From a virus (Duplodnaviria > Caudoviricetes): a stretch of DNA of 64,000 bases. This document shows positions 17,612 through 28,570 of this stretch, piece by piece. Position 1 is the stretch's first letter. Each line of letters begins with the position of its first letter. The DNA is taken from positions 1-64,000 of the IMG/VR virus record IMGVR_UViG_3300037743_000134; one strand, 5' to 3'. The position numbers were made by a program, and so were the translations under genes. Below the pieces are notes generated by a model that did no database searches, was not told the origin of the DNA, and saw only the letters and a list, made by a program, of their open reading frames with translations.

Positions 17612-19589
17612 GCTGTGGCGTGAGCGCTTCGAGCGCCAGCAACGTGAGCGGCTGGCCGACGCATTCGATAACCTGACGGCCGAGCTCGTCATCAAACGCC
17701 CGAGCGAATGGGCCGAGAGCAAGCGCTACTTGCCGCCCTCGGTTACGTCGCTGCCGGGGCTCTACAGTTTCAACGTCGCGCCGTACGTCCGAGAGATCCT
17801 CGACTGCCTCGCGGCGGACTCGCCCATCCGCGAGGTAACGTGGATGAAGGGCGTCCAGATCTGCGCCACGACGGGCGTGCTCGAGAACGCGATCGGCTAC
17901 TACATAGACGAGATTCGGCACTCGCCGATCATGCTCGTCACGGCGGACGACGCGCTCGCGAAGCTCCGTATGGAGTCCTACGTGACTCCGATGCTGCATC
18001 ACTCGGAGCTGGCGCACCTGATCAAGTCCAGCGACGAAAAGAATACGCGCAAGACCGGCAAGACCGAGAAGCGCATCGAGTGGGAGGGCGGCGGCTTTCT
18101 CATTCCGTTTGGCGCGCAGAGCGCGAACAAGCTCCGGTCGATCTCGATCGAGGTTTTGCTGCGCGACGAAATTGACGGCTGGCCAGACGTCGTTGGCAAA
18201 GACGGCGACCCGATCAAGCTCAGCGCGGACCGCACGGCGGCATTCGAAGCGTCGCGCAAAATACTCGACATCTCGACGCCGCTCGTCAAAGGTCAGTCGA
18301 AGATCGAGCAGCGTTTCCGTCGAGGTGACCAGCGGTACTACTTCGTACGTTGTCTCAAGTGCAACTTCGCGCAGACGCTGCGCTGGCGGCACCAAAACAA
18401 CGAAACGGGCGAAGTAACCGGCATCTCGTGGGAGCTCGATAACGGGCGCCTTGTGCCGGACTCGGTGCGCTACCTGTGCCAGGAGTGCGGGCACCCGCAC
18501 ACTAACGACGACAAGACGCGGCTGCTCTCGCCGGAGCACGGCGCCGAGTGGATCCCGACGGCGGAGCCCGCGGACCCGTACCATCGCAGCTACCATCTGA
18601 GCGCGCTCTACTCGCCCGTCGGAATGCAGACGTGGGCGGCGTGCGTGCACAAGTGGCTCGACGCATGGGACGTTGAGCGCAACCGAGCCAAGGACCTCGG
18701 TCAGCTGCAGGTGTTTTACAACAACGTTTTAGGCGAGCCGTTCGAGCTCCGCGGCGAGAAGCTGCGTTTCGAAAACGTCTCGGCGCATCGGCGGAGCTAC
18801 TACTCCGGCACGATCCCAAATCAGTTTGCGGCGCAGTTTTGCGGTAGCCCCGTGCTGCTGCTGACGTGCGCGGTCGACGTGCAGAAGCATTGTCTCGCCG
18901 TCGCCGTCTTCGGCTGGTGCAAAGACCGACGTGCCATTCTGGTCGATTACTGGCGCTTTGAGGGCGAGACCGAAAAGCTCGAGGATCTCCACACGTGGGG
19001 CAAGCTGCGGAAGCTCATCGAGTCGCGTGAATACACGGCAGACGACGGCAAAAAATATCGCATCATGCTCACGCTCATCGACTCGGGTTTTCGGGCGGAT
19101 GACGTGTACCGGTTCGCGGAGGAGTACGTAGCCGGCGTCTATCCGGTGAAGGGACGCGACGACTCGACACGCAACGCGCGCGACCGCGAGTTCTCGGACT
19201 TCAAAACGCCGATGGGCACGATGGCCTACGGCATCTTCGTGGGTTTCTACAAGGACCGCTGGAGCGCCGCGCTTCGTCGCTCGTGGGACGGTTTAGGGCT
19301 GCAGCCACAAGGACACTTCAACGCGCCGGTCGACACGACAGACAAGCAGCTCAAAGAGCTGACGGTCGAGGTCAAGCGCGAGAAGATCGAAAAGACTACC
19401 GGCAAGCGTCTCGGTTTCGAATGGCATCGCCCTGGCGGCGCTGACAACGAATTATGGGATTTAATCGTATACAACAACGCGGCGCTCGATCTAGTGGCGC
19501 ACGACGTCTGCATTCGGCAGCAGGAAATGGCATTCGTGAACTGGGTCTACTTCTACGAACGATGTAGCGAGGGCCTGTTTTTCAGCTAG
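17604..19589 (+). CDS. terL: Terminase large subunit (lambda GpA family)
   Basis: WAE..RYLP, MKGVQICAT (Walker A variant of K.AQ.G.T), DEIDGWP, STP...G.S.IE, GDQRYYFV.C..C, AVDVQ. Confidence 0.96.
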   Translation: MSELWRERFERQQRERLADAFDNLTAELVIKRPSEWAESKRYLPPSVTSLPGLYSFNVAPYVREILDCLAADSPIREVTWMKGVQICATTGVLENAIGYYIDEIRHSPIMLVTADDALAKLRMESYVTPMLHHSELAHLIKSSDEKNTRKTGKTEKRIEWEGGGFLIPFGAQSANKLRSISIEVLLRDEIDGWPDVVGKDGDPIKLSADRTAAFEASRKILDISTPLVKGQSKIEQRFRRGDQRYYFVRCLKCNFAQTLRWRHQNNETGEVTGISWELDNGRLVPDSVRYLCQECGHPHTNDDKTRLLSPEHGAEWIPTAEPADPYHRSYHLSALYSPVGMQTWAACVHKWLDAWDVERNRAKDLGQLQVFYNNVLGEPFELRGEKLRFENVSAHRRSYYSGTIPNQFAAQFCGSPVLLLTCAVDVQKHCLAVAVFGWCKDRRAILVDYWRFEGETEKLEDLHTWGKLRKLIESREYTADDGKKYRIMLTLIDSGFRADDVYRFAEEYVAGVYPVKGRDDSTRNARDREFSDFKTPMGTMAYGIFVGFYKDRWSAALRRSWDGLGLQPQGHFNAPVDTTDKQLKELTVEVKREKIEKTTGKRLGFEWHRPGGADNELWDLIVYNNAALDLVAHDVCIRQQEMAFVNWVYFYERCSEGLFFS

Positions 19590-19598
19590 AATCTAAGC

Positions 19599-20489
19599 GT
19601 GGCAATCGGCGTCTGTTGGGACGGTCACGAATACACGGTGGGCAACGGGTGCCCCGTATGCGCGGTGAACAGAAACCGCGAACGTTACCGTCCGAAAGGA
19701 CGCGGCAAGAAGCAAAAGACATGTCCGAATGGGCATGTGTACTTGTCGGGCCAGGGGTGCGTGGTCTGCGCGCGGGCGCGCTCCAATGAGCGCAGGCGTG
19801 CAGCGTCGCGTGCCCGTAGGCGTGCCCTACCGGAAACAAAAACGTGCCGACGTGGGCACACGTACAAGCCGGGCAAGGGCTGCTACCAATGCCAGCTTGC
19901 ATATTACGCCGAACGCAGACGGGCCGATCCAGAATGGCGCGCTCGCGCCAATGAACGTGGCCGCAAGTATGAACAGCGGCGATATGCCTTAGATGCGGAA
20001 CACCGTGAGCGCCGCAAAGCTCGCGCCAAGCAAAAATGGTGGTCCGACGAAGAGCATCGCGAAAAGGCGAAGTCCAGCGCGAAAGAACGCAAGAAGCAGT
20101 ATCGCTCAGACCCCGCATTCCGCGCAGCACAAGTGCGGGCTGAACGGGTGCGCCTTGATGCCATCTACGAGGACGCCGGGCGCCACGCGGCGCACCGCGA
20201 GAAACAGCGCTGGCGCAATCACATCAGACGCGCTCGTGTAGCGGGTACCGATTCGCCTGGCGTAACCAAAGAAGAGTGGGCAGCAATATGCGCGCGCTTC
20301 GCGAATGACTGTGACGAGACGATCTGCGCGTATTGCAAAAGCCGACTCGCGGATACCATCGACCACGTCGTTCCAATTGCGCGAGGTGGGCGCGATGCAC
20401 CCGACAATGTCGTGCCAGCGTGCAAGAGCTGCAACAGCAGCAAGAACGCCAAGCTTCTGAGCGAGTGGAGACAGACCGCCGCTCTATAA
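19599..20489 (+). CDS. HNH endonuclease with three N-terminal CxxGH...CxxC repeats
   Basis: C-terminal CAYC...TIDHVVPIARGGRD..DNVVPACKSCNSSK. Confidence 0.9.
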   Translation: MAIGVCWDGHEYTVGNGCPVCAVNRNRERYRPKGRGKKQKTCPNGHVYLSGQGCVVCARARSNERRRAASRARRRALPETKTCRRGHTYKPGKGCYQCQLAYYAERRRADPEWRARANERGRKYEQRRYALDAEHRERRKARAKQKWWSDEEHREKAKSSAKERKKQYRSDPAFRAAQVRAERVRLDAIYEDAGRHAAHREKQRWRNHIRRARVAGTDSPGVTKEEWAAICARFANDCDETICAYCKSRLADTIDHVVPIARGGRDAPDNVVPACKSCNSSKNAKLLSEWRQTAAL

Positions 20490-20513
20490 ACGCTCAACAC
20501 GGAGGCCCGCGCC

Positions 20514-20777
20514 ATGGCATGCGAAGATGACACGGCGTGGCTAGAGGCTCGCCTCGCGAAAACGAAGACGCTGATTGAAGCGTACGAGGACGCGATCCTG
20601 CAGCTCTCGACGGGCGCGGTGCAAAGTTACCAGCTCGACACCGGGCAGACGCGGCAGTCGGTCACGAAGCAGCAGCTCTCGCAACTGCGCAACACGCTCG
20701 AAGGGCTCTATGCATTGTACGCAGCGCTACGCGCACGGCTCTGCGGAGCGGGCGTCATCGTGCGCCCGGTTTACTAA
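20514..20777 (+). CDS. Head-tail joining protein (gpW-like)
   Basis: GGAGG RBS; YEDAI..L.TGAVQSY.LDTGQTRQSVT; sits between terminase and portal. Confidence 0.8.
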   Translation: MACEDDTAWLEARLAKTKTLIEAYEDAILQLSTGAVQSYQLDTGQTRQSVTKQQLSQLRNTLEGLYALYAALRARLCGAGVIVRPVY

Positions 20778-22454
20778 ATGGGCTTCGCAGACGATCCGAT
20801 GTGGCGCGCGTGCTTCGGCAGCATGCCGAGCAAAGCGGTCGACACCTCGCCGCCCACAGTCGCGGTCTCGCAGCTGCCAGCGGTGCGCTACGGCTGGGAT
20901 ACCGGTGAAAAGTTCCCCGGTGGCATCGGTCCCGTAAACCTGCTGTGGCCCGATTACTGGACATTGCGCCAGCGGTCTGCGGAGCTCTACGAACGCAACC
21001 TGTACGCGCGAGGCTTGATCCGCTGCCTGATCACAAACGAAATCAACACGGGGCTGCAGCTCGAGGCAACACCCGAAGAGGTGATTCTCGGCGTCGAGGA
21101 GGACGGGCTCGCCGACTGGTCCGAGACCGTCGAGAATCGCTTTGCGCTCTGGGCCCGTGACGCGCAGCTCTGCGATCACAACGAACGGCTGAGCTTCGGC
21201 GCATTGCAAGCGCTCGCGCGAACCGAGGCGCTCGTGGTCGGCGATGTGCTCGTCGTGATGCGGCAGGACCAGCGTACACGCCTACCGCGCGTGCAACTGA
21301 TCGGCGGCTCGTCCGTGCGCACGCCGATGGACGCCAAGCCGGCCAACGGCAACCGCATCGAGCATGGAGTCGAGCTCGACGGACAGCGGCGACACGTAGC
21401 GTATTGGATCACTCAGGAAGAAAAGGGCGGGCAGCTCGCGTCGAAGCGACTCCCTGCATTCGGCGAGAAGAGCGGCAAGCGTATCGCGTGGCTACTCTAT
21501 GGCACAGACAAGCGGCTCGATGACGTGCGCGGCAAGCCGCTGCTGTCGCTCGTTCTACAGAGTCTCAACGAAATCGACCGGTATCGCGATGCGACGCAAC
21601 GCAAGGCTGTCGTCAACAGCATGCTTGCGATGTTCGTCAAAAAAACCGAGTCGAACATGGGCACGCTGCCGATTACCGGCGGCGCGGTACGGCGCGGCAT
21701 AGACGTCGCGATCGACACGTCCGGCAAGCGTCGCGAATTCCGCACAGCCGAGCATATTCCTGGTCTCGTCCTCGACGAGCTGCAACACGGCGAAGAGCCG
21801 GTAGCGTTTCAGGTCAACGGTACGACCGAAAACTTCGGCACGTTCGAAGAGGCGATCCTGCAGACGATCGCATGGGCGACGCAGGTTCCGCCCGAGATTT
21901 TGCGCAAGGCTTTCTCGAGCAACTACAGCGCGAGCCAAGCAGCGGTCAACGAGTTCAAAATGTACCTGAACCAGACTCGAACCTGGTTCGGCGAGACGTT
22001 CTGCCAGCGCATTTACGAAGAGTGGCTCGTCGCCGAAGTGCTCGCGCAGCGTATCGAAGCGCCAGGTTTTCTCGAGGCATGGCGCGACTGGAAGCTGTTC
22101 GACAAGCTGGGCGCCTGGACGCATGCGGATTGGTCCGGGCACATCAAGCCGTCCGTCGATCTGACAAAGCTTACGGGCGGCTATGACGCCATGATCGCCA
22201 TGGGCGCCATCACTCGCGCCCGCGCGACGCGCGAGCTAACCGGGACGAAGTTCTCCAAAAATGTGCAGCAACTGAAGCGCGAGAACGATCTCCTCGCCGA
22301 AGCCAACAAGTCGATGGTCGAACTCGAGAAGCCGCCGGCACCGGCGAGCACGGACGAGCCAGGCATCGACGACGAGCCGATCGACGAAGAGGACGACGAG
22401 GAATCCGCAGCCGCCAACGTGCTGCCGTTGCGCCGTGGTCAACAAGGAAACTGA
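20778..22454 (+). CDS. Portal protein (lambda family)
   Basis: LRQRS..LY..N.YARG...G.GL...RG.PLL..V...L...DRY..A...A...NYSA pattern. Confidence 0.95.
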   Translation: MGFADDPMWRACFGSMPSKAVDTSPPTVAVSQLPAVRYGWDTGEKFPGGIGPVNLLWPDYWTLRQRSAELYERNLYARGLIRCLITNEINTGLQLEATPEEVILGVEEDGLADWSETVENRFALWARDAQLCDHNERLSFGALQALARTEALVVGDVLVVMRQDQRTRLPRVQLIGGSSVRTPMDAKPANGNRIEHGVELDGQRRHVAYWITQEEKGGQLASKRLPAFGEKSGKRIAWLLYGTDKRLDDVRGKPLLSLVLQSLNEIDRYRDATQRKAVVNSMLAMFVKKTESNMGTLPITGGAVRRGIDVAIDTSGKRREFRTAEHIPGLVLDELQHGEEPVAFQVNGTTENFGTFEEAILQTIAWATQVPPEILRKAFSSNYSASQAAVNEFKMYLNQTRTWFGETFCQRIYEEWLVAEVLAQRIEAPGFLEAWRDWKLFDKLGAWTHADWSGHIKPSVDLTKLTGGYDAMIAMGAITRARATRELTGTKFSKNVQQLKRENDLLAEANKSMVELEKPPAPASTDEPGIDDEPIDEEDDEESAAANVLPLRRGQQGN

Positions 22455-22457
22455 ACG

Positions 22458-23702
22458 ATGTGGCTCCTGAAACAGGAAGTAGCCGAAGAGCTGCGTCGCG
22501 TTTGGAAGCGCGATGACCCGTCTACGGCTACTCAACGCGCTGAGTTCGTCCAGCGGCGCGAAGCGGAAGCCGCTGCCGGCGACCCGCGAATCTTGCAACG
22601 CGACGGCGAGAACGCCTCGATCAACGTCGAGGGCGTGCTCACAGAAAAGCCTGACTTCTGGGCATGGCTGCTCGGCGGCGGGAACACGACCTATCGCGAC
22701 ATTCGCACGGCGCTCGCGATTGCGGGGCAAGATCCGACAGTCAAGCGCGTGACAATGAACATCGCCAGCCCCGGCGGCCGGGTCGACGGATTGTTCGAGA
22801 CGCTCGGCACGCTCGAGGCGTTTCAGAAACCGATAACGGTTCGGTCGTCACTTGCCGCATCGGCGGCCTACGCGATCGCAGCAGTGGCAGGCCGCATCGA
22901 GCCGACGAATGCCGCGGCCGAATTCGGATCGATCGGTGTTGCAGTGACGTACCTCCACATGGAGGAGCTCATCGACATCACGAGCACCGAGGCGCCCAAC
23001 AAGCGACCGAACCCGAGCACGGACGAAGGCAAGGCAGTCATCCGTGAACATCTCGACGCTATTCACGATCTGTTCGTTGACGCCATCGCGCGCGGGCGCA
23101 GCCGCACGACCGGCGAGAAAATCACCAAGGCGAACGTCAACGAGACCTTTGGTCGAGGCGGAGTGCTACTCGCGGGCGACGCGAAGAAACGCAAGATGAT
23201 CGACAAGGCTCCGCCGGCCGCAGCACGCGGCGCGCGAGCCGAAGACAACATCACCCCGGACGCCGCCGGCGATCCGGCGCAACGCTCAACAGATTCACCC
23301 GCCACCGGCGGGGTTCAACCGCCGAGGAAAAAGCCCATGACCAAAGAAGAACTCAAGTCGCAACATCCCGAACTTTACGCCGCGCTGCTCGAAGAGGGAC
23401 AAGCGACCGGCGTCGCCCAGGAACGCAAGCGCGTCATGGCGCACCTGAAGCTTGCTGCAGCCACGGGTGCAACCAAGGTAGCGCACGACGCGATCGCATC
23501 TGGCGCGAGCACAATGGACGAAGAGGTGCACGCCGATTACCTCGCGGCCGGCATGAATCGCCGTGACTCCGACGCGCGCCAAGACGACAGCGACAAGGCC
23601 GGCAAAGCACTCGAGTCGGCCAAAGCAGCGCCGGAAACCGAGGGCGGAAGCCTGATCGACATCTTCGCCGCCGATCTGCCGCCGAAGAAAAAGGCGAGCT
23701 GA
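22458..23702 (+). CDS. S49-family prohead protease with C-terminal scaffold; probable nested scaffold start at ATG 23337
   Basis: IASPGG.VDG, AASAAYAIA, GSIGV motifs; in-frame GAGGA...ATG-TKEELKSQHPELY at 23337 (lambda C/Nu3-like). Confidence 0.88.
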   Translation: MWLLKQEVAEELRRVWKRDDPSTATQRAEFVQRREAEAAAGDPRILQRDGENASINVEGVLTEKPDFWAWLLGGGNTTYRDIRTALAIAGQDPTVKRVTMNIASPGGRVDGLFETLGTLEAFQKPITVRSSLAASAAYAIAAVAGRIEPTNAAAEFGSIGVAVTYLHMEELIDITSTEAPNKRPNPSTDEGKAVIREHLDAIHDLFVDAIARGRSRTTGEKITKANVNETFGRGGVLLAGDAKKRKMIDKAPPAAARGARAEDNITPDAAGDPAQRSTDSPATGGVQPPRKKPMTKEELKSQHPELYAALLEEGQATGVAQERKRVMAHLKLAAATGATKVAHDAIASGASTMDEEVHADYLAAGMNRRDSDARQDDSDKAGKALESAKAAPETEGGSLIDIFAADLPPKKKAS

Positions 23703-23790
23703 AGGGCTCGTTAGACACGCGCGCCTAGCGCAATCACCGCGCGCGCCCGCGGCGCCGCACCGCTCCATCTTTTGATCAAGGAAAAGACCC

Positions 23791-24204
23791 ATGGCCAACA
23801 TGACCGTTACGGACATCGACACCGGCGACCTCGAATTCGACGAGTGCGAATACGAGGACGGCGTCGTCAACTTCTCGGGTGCCGATACTCTTGCCCGAGG
23901 AACGATCCTTGCGCGCCACAGTGGCACGCTCAAGTTCCAGATCTTCCAGAAGGGCGGATCGTCGAACGGCAACGGGACGCCTGTAGCCGTGCTCTCACAC
24001 GAGCTCGTCGCAACTGCATCGGGCGACTTGCCGTGCCGCGCGATCGTGCATGGCGATGTCAACGTGAACCGACTGATCATCGACGCCGATGGCGACGCTT
24101 CGAACATCGACGCCGCGGTTCGCGACCAGCTGCGCGACTACAAGATCACTCCGGTCGACGTGAAGCAGAACGCAGGCGCGTTGTTCACGGACGAAGACTC
24201 CTGA
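23791..24204 (+). CDS. Head decoration protein (gpD-like)
   Basis: GADTLARGTILAR...PVAVL pattern; lies between protease and capsid genes. Confidence 0.8.
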   Translation: MANMTVTDIDTGDLEFDECEYEDGVVNFSGADTLARGTILARHSGTLKFQIFQKGGSSNGNGTPVAVLSHELVATASGDLPCRAIVHGDVNVNRLIIDADGDASNIDAAVRDQLRDYKITPVDVKQNAGALFTDEDS

Positions 24205-24296
24205 TCGCGGCGTAGCGCGCGACACAACCATAACGACTTGCGGAGGCGTGCCCGTCTCCGACGGGACGACTCCATCCACAACAAGGACACCAAGAC

Positions 24297-25382
24297 ATGT
24301 CGGACGCAAGCACCACGCGAATGCTCGAGGCGTACATCGAGCGCCGTGTTTCGCCCCAACTTTTCCTCTCGAGTTTCTTTCGCACGAGCCCCCGGAGTTT
24401 CCACAACTCCGAGCACGTCGAGGTCGATATTCGACGGGGCGAGCCGTACCTCGCGATTCCCGTGCAAAGCGTTACCTCCGGTGCGCGCAAGCACGAGGTG
24501 TCGCTGTACACGAACAAGAAATTCACGCCGCCCGTGTATGACCTCGAGGTCAGCATTTCGGCATGGAGCACGAGTCAGCGCCAACCGGGCATTACTCCTT
24601 TCCAGGATGTGAATTTTCGGCAGGCCGCAACGGACGAGGCCTTTCGCTCGCTCAACGAGCTCGAGGACATGCTCCGCCGCGCAGTCGAACTGCAGGCGTC
24701 GCAGATCTTCCAGACGGGCGTTGTCACGCTGACCGACGCGGCCAGCGCGACGATCTACACGCTCGACTTCCAGGCGCGGCCTTCGCACTTCGTCATCACG
24801 ACGCCGTGGGCGGCCGACGGCTCGACCGGCGATCCGCTGGGCGACATCGAGTCAATGGGCATCAAGATCCGCCGCGACGGAAAGATGAACGCTACGGACT
24901 TGGTCCTTGGCACGAGCGCGATGCAGCGCCTTTTGGCTAACGACGAGGTCAAGGCGCGCTTCGATAATCGTGGGCTCGTTGCGCTCACGGAGATTCGCCC
25001 GGTATCGCGTCCAGACGGAGCTACGTTCTACGGCACGGTCGTAGTCGGTCACTACCGCTACAACCTGTGGATGTACGACGGGTACTTCATCGACCCGGCA
25101 ACGCTCGAGCCGACGCCGTACGTTGGCGACACCAACGTCATCATGCTGGCCGAGCAGGGTCGTCGCGATCTGACCTTCGGATCGATCCCGATGTTCATGC
25201 CTCCCGACGCGCGCGCCGCGCAGTTCCTGCCGGCCCGCATGTCGAGCGTCGAGCAAGGCTTCGATCTGACCACGAACATTTGGGTTTCCCCGGACGGCAA
25301 GCACTTGCACATGTCGGCCGGCACCCGGCCGCTGTGTGTGCCCACCGCGCTCGACACATTCGGCACGCTCACGGTTGCGTGA
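24297..25382 (+). CDS. Major capsid protein (lambda gpE family)
   Basis: FLSSFF..., VEVDIRRG...A, E.QASQI..TG, terminal SAGTRPLCVP. Confidence 0.92.
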   Translation: MSDASTTRMLEAYIERRVSPQLFLSSFFRTSPRSFHNSEHVEVDIRRGEPYLAIPVQSVTSGARKHEVSLYTNKKFTPPVYDLEVSISAWSTSQRQPGITPFQDVNFRQAATDEAFRSLNELEDMLRRAVELQASQIFQTGVVTLTDAASATIYTLDFQARPSHFVITTPWAADGSTGDPLGDIESMGIKIRRDGKMNATDLVLGTSAMQRLLANDEVKARFDNRGLVALTEIRPVSRPDGATFYGTVVVGHYRYNLWMYDGYFIDPATLEPTPYVGDTNVIMLAEQGRRDLTFGSIPMFMPPDARAAQFLPARMSSVEQGFDLTTNIWVSPDGKHLHMSAGTRPLCVPTALDTFGTLTVA

Positions 25383-25903
25383 TGGTGACGAACCGTGAGC
25401 TGCGCGAACGCGCCGAAGAGCTCGCGGCGGAGCTTGGCATCGAGATCTCAACGGACCGCATGAACCATGTGGCTCTGACGGAGCTCGTTGCCAGGCTCGA
25501 GGGCCAACGGGAAGCCAAGGGCACGGACGCGCCAGTTACGCCGGCAGCCACCGGGGCGGTGCGTGCCGCTCCGGCGGCAGACGAGCGCGCCGTGCCGGTG
25601 GCCAAGCCGCGTCCCACGGTCGAGCGGAAAGCCGCCGCCAAGCCCGCGCCCACGCTTACGGTCGACGGAGCAGCGGACGCAGCCGAGGGCGGGCTGCCAA
25701 AGCCCAAGCCGCCGCAGCCGGAAGCCAAGCAGCGCTACCCGTACACGGTGGCACCGGGCAAGACGATCCAGTGCCCGCGCGGCGACATCCGCGCCGGCCG
25801 CGAGATACGCGCGCGAGACCTCGTCTACGACACGAAGGACATCGCAAAGGGCGAGAAAGCCCTGGCGGAATTCGTGGCGCGCGGCGTGGTCGTAAGGGCC
25901 TAA
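25382..25903 (+). CDS. Small Ala/Pro-rich head-associated protein with N-terminal helical hairpin
   Basis: TGATG coupling to the capsid gene; ELRERAEELGIE-like N-terminus. Confidence 0.55.
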   Translation: MVTNRELRERAEELAAELGIEISTDRMNHVALTELVARLEGQREAKGTDAPVTPAATGAVRAAPAADERAVPVAKPRPTVERKAAAKPAPTLTVDGAADAAEGGLPKPKPPQPEAKQRYPYTVAPGKTIQCPRGDIRAGREIRARDLVYDTKDIAKGEKALAEFVARGVVVRA

Positions 25904-25904
25904 C

Positions 25905-26318
25905 GTGGGCCTGCGCGATATCGCCGCCGCCGATCTGAAAACGATCGTCGAAGACACGAATGACTTCGGCTGGCCCATCAAGATCACGGCGCCCAACGGC
26001 AGCAGCGCCGATCTGGTTGGGCTCTCGACCGACATCTCGCAGACGATCGATCCGGAGACAGGGCAAGCCGTCAGCGGACGCACCGCATCCGTGACGCTCG
26101 TCATTGCGACGCTCGAGACCCAAGGCATCGGCCTGCCGCATGCAGTGTCCGATCCGAAGGCGCGACCGTGGGTCATTCGATTCGATGACATCAACGGGCA
26201 CCCGCATACGTTCCGCGTGCTCGAGGCAATGCCGGATCGCGCGGCGGGGTGCGTGGTCTGTTTGCTTGACGCATACAAGCCGAATGCTCCGGACATCGTA
26301 TGGCCGCTCGGATCTTAG
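25905..26318 (+). CDS. Head-tail joining/adaptor protein
   Basis: Position; FG.PI.ITAP.G....GL..DI...IDP.TG..VSG pattern. Confidence 0.7.
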   Translation: MGLRDIAAADLKTIVEDTNDFGWPIKITAPNGSSADLVGLSTDISQTIDPETGQAVSGRTASVTLVIATLETQGIGLPHAVSDPKARPWVIRFDDINGHPHTFRVLEAMPDRAAGCVVCLLDAYKPNAPDIVWPLGS

Positions 26319-26998
26319 AGCTCATCGACAAGAGCGATAACTTCGAGCTTGTCCGCGATGAGATTGCCGCGATCCTGACGCTTGAGTCAGAGAACCAGCA
26401 GACGCTTGCTGCCGCGGCGAGCGAAGAAGCGCGGCTCTGGAAGCTCCGTGTTTTTGCCGAACGGTCGACGCCGTGGAGCGAATGGGAAAGCTCTCCTGAG
26501 CAAGCGGACCAATCGCCGATCGTCAACGTCTGGTTTGATAACGCCACGATCCAACTAGGCGCGAGCGACATCGTTGAGCGTCAGCGGCACGAGGGCATTT
26601 TCAACATCGACTGTTACGGGTACGGCGTCTCGGAAGAAACCGAAGGCGAATACGAAGGCGAGCTCTGGCACACGCCAGGCGACGAGCGCGCCGCCCGCGA
26701 AGTGCAGCGAGCGGCTCGCCTCGTACGCAACATTCTCCACGCCGCCGCCTATACGTATCTCAACATGCGTGGCGTCGTCGCACGCCGGTACGTGCAATCG
26801 ATCAACGCATTCCAGCCGGCGATCGGCGACAAGCCGGTCCAGCGCATACAGGCCGTGCGCCTCGCGCTGCACGTCGAGTTCAACGAATTCTCACCGCAGA
26901 TCACGGGTCAACCGCTCGAGTTGATCTCGCTCTTGGTGAAACGAAAAGAAACCGGACAGCTCTACTTCGCGGCCGAATACGGCGACGAGGATAGCTAA
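26300..26998 (+). CDS. Tail completion/terminator protein (Mu gp37-like position)
   Basis: Lies between adaptor and sheath; acidic beta-rich protein. Confidence 0.6.
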   Translation: MAARILELIDKSDNFELVRDEIAAILTLESENQQTLAAAASEEARLWKLRVFAERSTPWSEWESSPEQADQSPIVNVWFDNATIQLGASDIVERQRHEGIFNIDCYGYGVSEETEGEYEGELWHTPGDERAAREVQRAARLVRNILHAAAYTYLNMRGVVARRYVQSINAFQPAIGDKPVQRIQAVRLALHVEFNEFSPQITGQPLELISLLVKRKETGQLYFAAEYGDEDS

Positions 26999-27010
26999 GG
27001 AATCACCACC

Positions 27011-28489
27011 ATGGTTGACGCATCAGCAGTAGCGCGCGTGCTCGGCATCGCGACGGAGTTCAAAGACCTGCGCGCCGGCAGCGTGTTGTTTCTGCCGCAA
27101 CGCATCGCTGTGTTTGCGCAAGGCTCGAGTGCCGTCACGTACAGTACCGCCAAGCGCCAAGTCACGAGCGCCGCGGAAGCGGGAACCGTCTACGGTTTCG
27201 ATTCGCCGATCAGTCTCATCACGCGCGAGCTGTTGCCGGTTAACGGCGATGGCGTCGGATCGATTCCTGTGACGATCTATCCGCTCGAGGACGGCTACGA
27301 GGGCGTTGCCGCGGCGGGCGACATCACTCCCGGCGGCACCGCCTCGAAGGCGTCAGCGTTTCGCGTGCGCGTGAGCGGGATTCTGTCCAACGAGTTCGTG
27401 GTGCCAGCGGGTGCCGTCAACGTGGCGAACACGATCGCGGCCATGGTCACGGCCATCAACGCCGTGCTGCACATGCCGGTGACGGCGTCGGACGGGACGA
27501 CGAAGGTCGACCTCGATGCGACGTGGGCCGGCCCGACCGGAAACGATCTGGTCGTGGAAATCATTGGCGACCTGAATGGCGTGACGTTTGCCATCACGCA
27601 GCCGGTTGGCGGACTCGTCGACCCGGACATCACCGACGCGCTCGCGCAGATGGGCAACGTCTGGGAAACGATGGCGATCCAAGCGACGAGCGGCGTAACG
27701 GCAATCATCGACGAATTCCAGGAGTTCGGCGAAGGGCGTTGGGGAGAGCTCGTACGCAAGCCGCTGGTCATTTTCTCGGGCGCCACAACCGTCGATGCAA
27801 GCTCTCTCGTTTCCCTCGGCAATACCCGCAAAGACGATCGCATCAACAGCGCGCTTGTTGCGCCCGGTTCGGTCAACCTGCCCTTCGTCGTAGCGGCCCG
27901 CCAGCTCGCGCGTATCGCGAAGGTCGCAAACAACAACCCGCCGCGTGACTACGGCAGCCAGAAGGCAACCGGTCTGTTGCCCGGCGACGACGGCGATCAA
28001 TGGGATTACCCGACGCGCGACATGGCAGTCAAGGGCGGGATATCGACGGTCGAAGTGCGCGACGGTGTCGTCAACGTCTCCGACGTCGTGACGTTCTATC
28101 ACCCGGACGGCGAGGAGCCTCCCGCGTATCGGTACGTTTGCGACATCGTGAAGTTGCAAAACATTATCTTCAACATCGACCTACTCTTTGCGAACGAAGA
28201 GTGGGACGGCGCGCCGCTCATCCCGGACGACCAGCCAACGGTCAACCCGTCCGCGCGAAAGCCGAAGTCGGCGAAGGCGTTGGTTAACGGCCTGCTCGAT
28301 AACCTCGGCCTGCAAGCGATCATCAGCGACCCGGCGACGGCGAAGGCGAATACGACCGCGGTCATCAATTCGGGCAACCCGAAGCGGCTCGACATCGAGG
28401 TGCTCGTGCAGCTCGCGGGCAACACGAACATCATCAGTGTTGGGCTGAGCTTCGGCTTCTTCTTTGGCTCACAAGCCGCGGTTGCCTGA
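27011..28489 (+). CDS. Contractile tail sheath protein (Mu gpL-like)
   Basis: SAVARVLGI.TEF...LPQRIAV.AQG, AA...FG..SP, TFYHP.GE.PPAYRYV.DIVKLQNI. Confidence 0.93.
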   Translation: MVDASAVARVLGIATEFKDLRAGSVLFLPQRIAVFAQGSSAVTYSTAKRQVTSAAEAGTVYGFDSPISLITRELLPVNGDGVGSIPVTIYPLEDGYEGVAAAGDITPGGTASKASAFRVRVSGILSNEFVVPAGAVNVANTIAAMVTAINAVLHMPVTASDGTTKVDLDATWAGPTGNDLVVEIIGDLNGVTFAITQPVGGLVDPDITDALAQMGNVWETMAIQATSGVTAIIDEFQEFGEGRWGELVRKPLVIFSGATTVDASSLVSLGNTRKDDRINSALVAPGSVNLPFVVAARQLARIAKVANNNPPRDYGSQKATGLLPGDDGDQWDYPTRDMAVKGGISTVEVRDGVVNVSDVVTFYHPDGEEPPAYRYVCDIVKLQNIIFNIDLLFANEEWDGAPLIPDDQPTVNPSARKPKSAKALVNGLLDNLGLQAIISDPATAKANTTAVINSGNPKRLDIEVLVQLAGNTNIISVGLSFGFFFGSQAAVA

Positions 28490-28570
28490 GCGCGTCTGAA
28501 CCAACCCGATAGCCGCTGAGCGCGCGACGCGCTGCCGGCGCAACTCCCTTTCAACGAAGGACGAACGCAC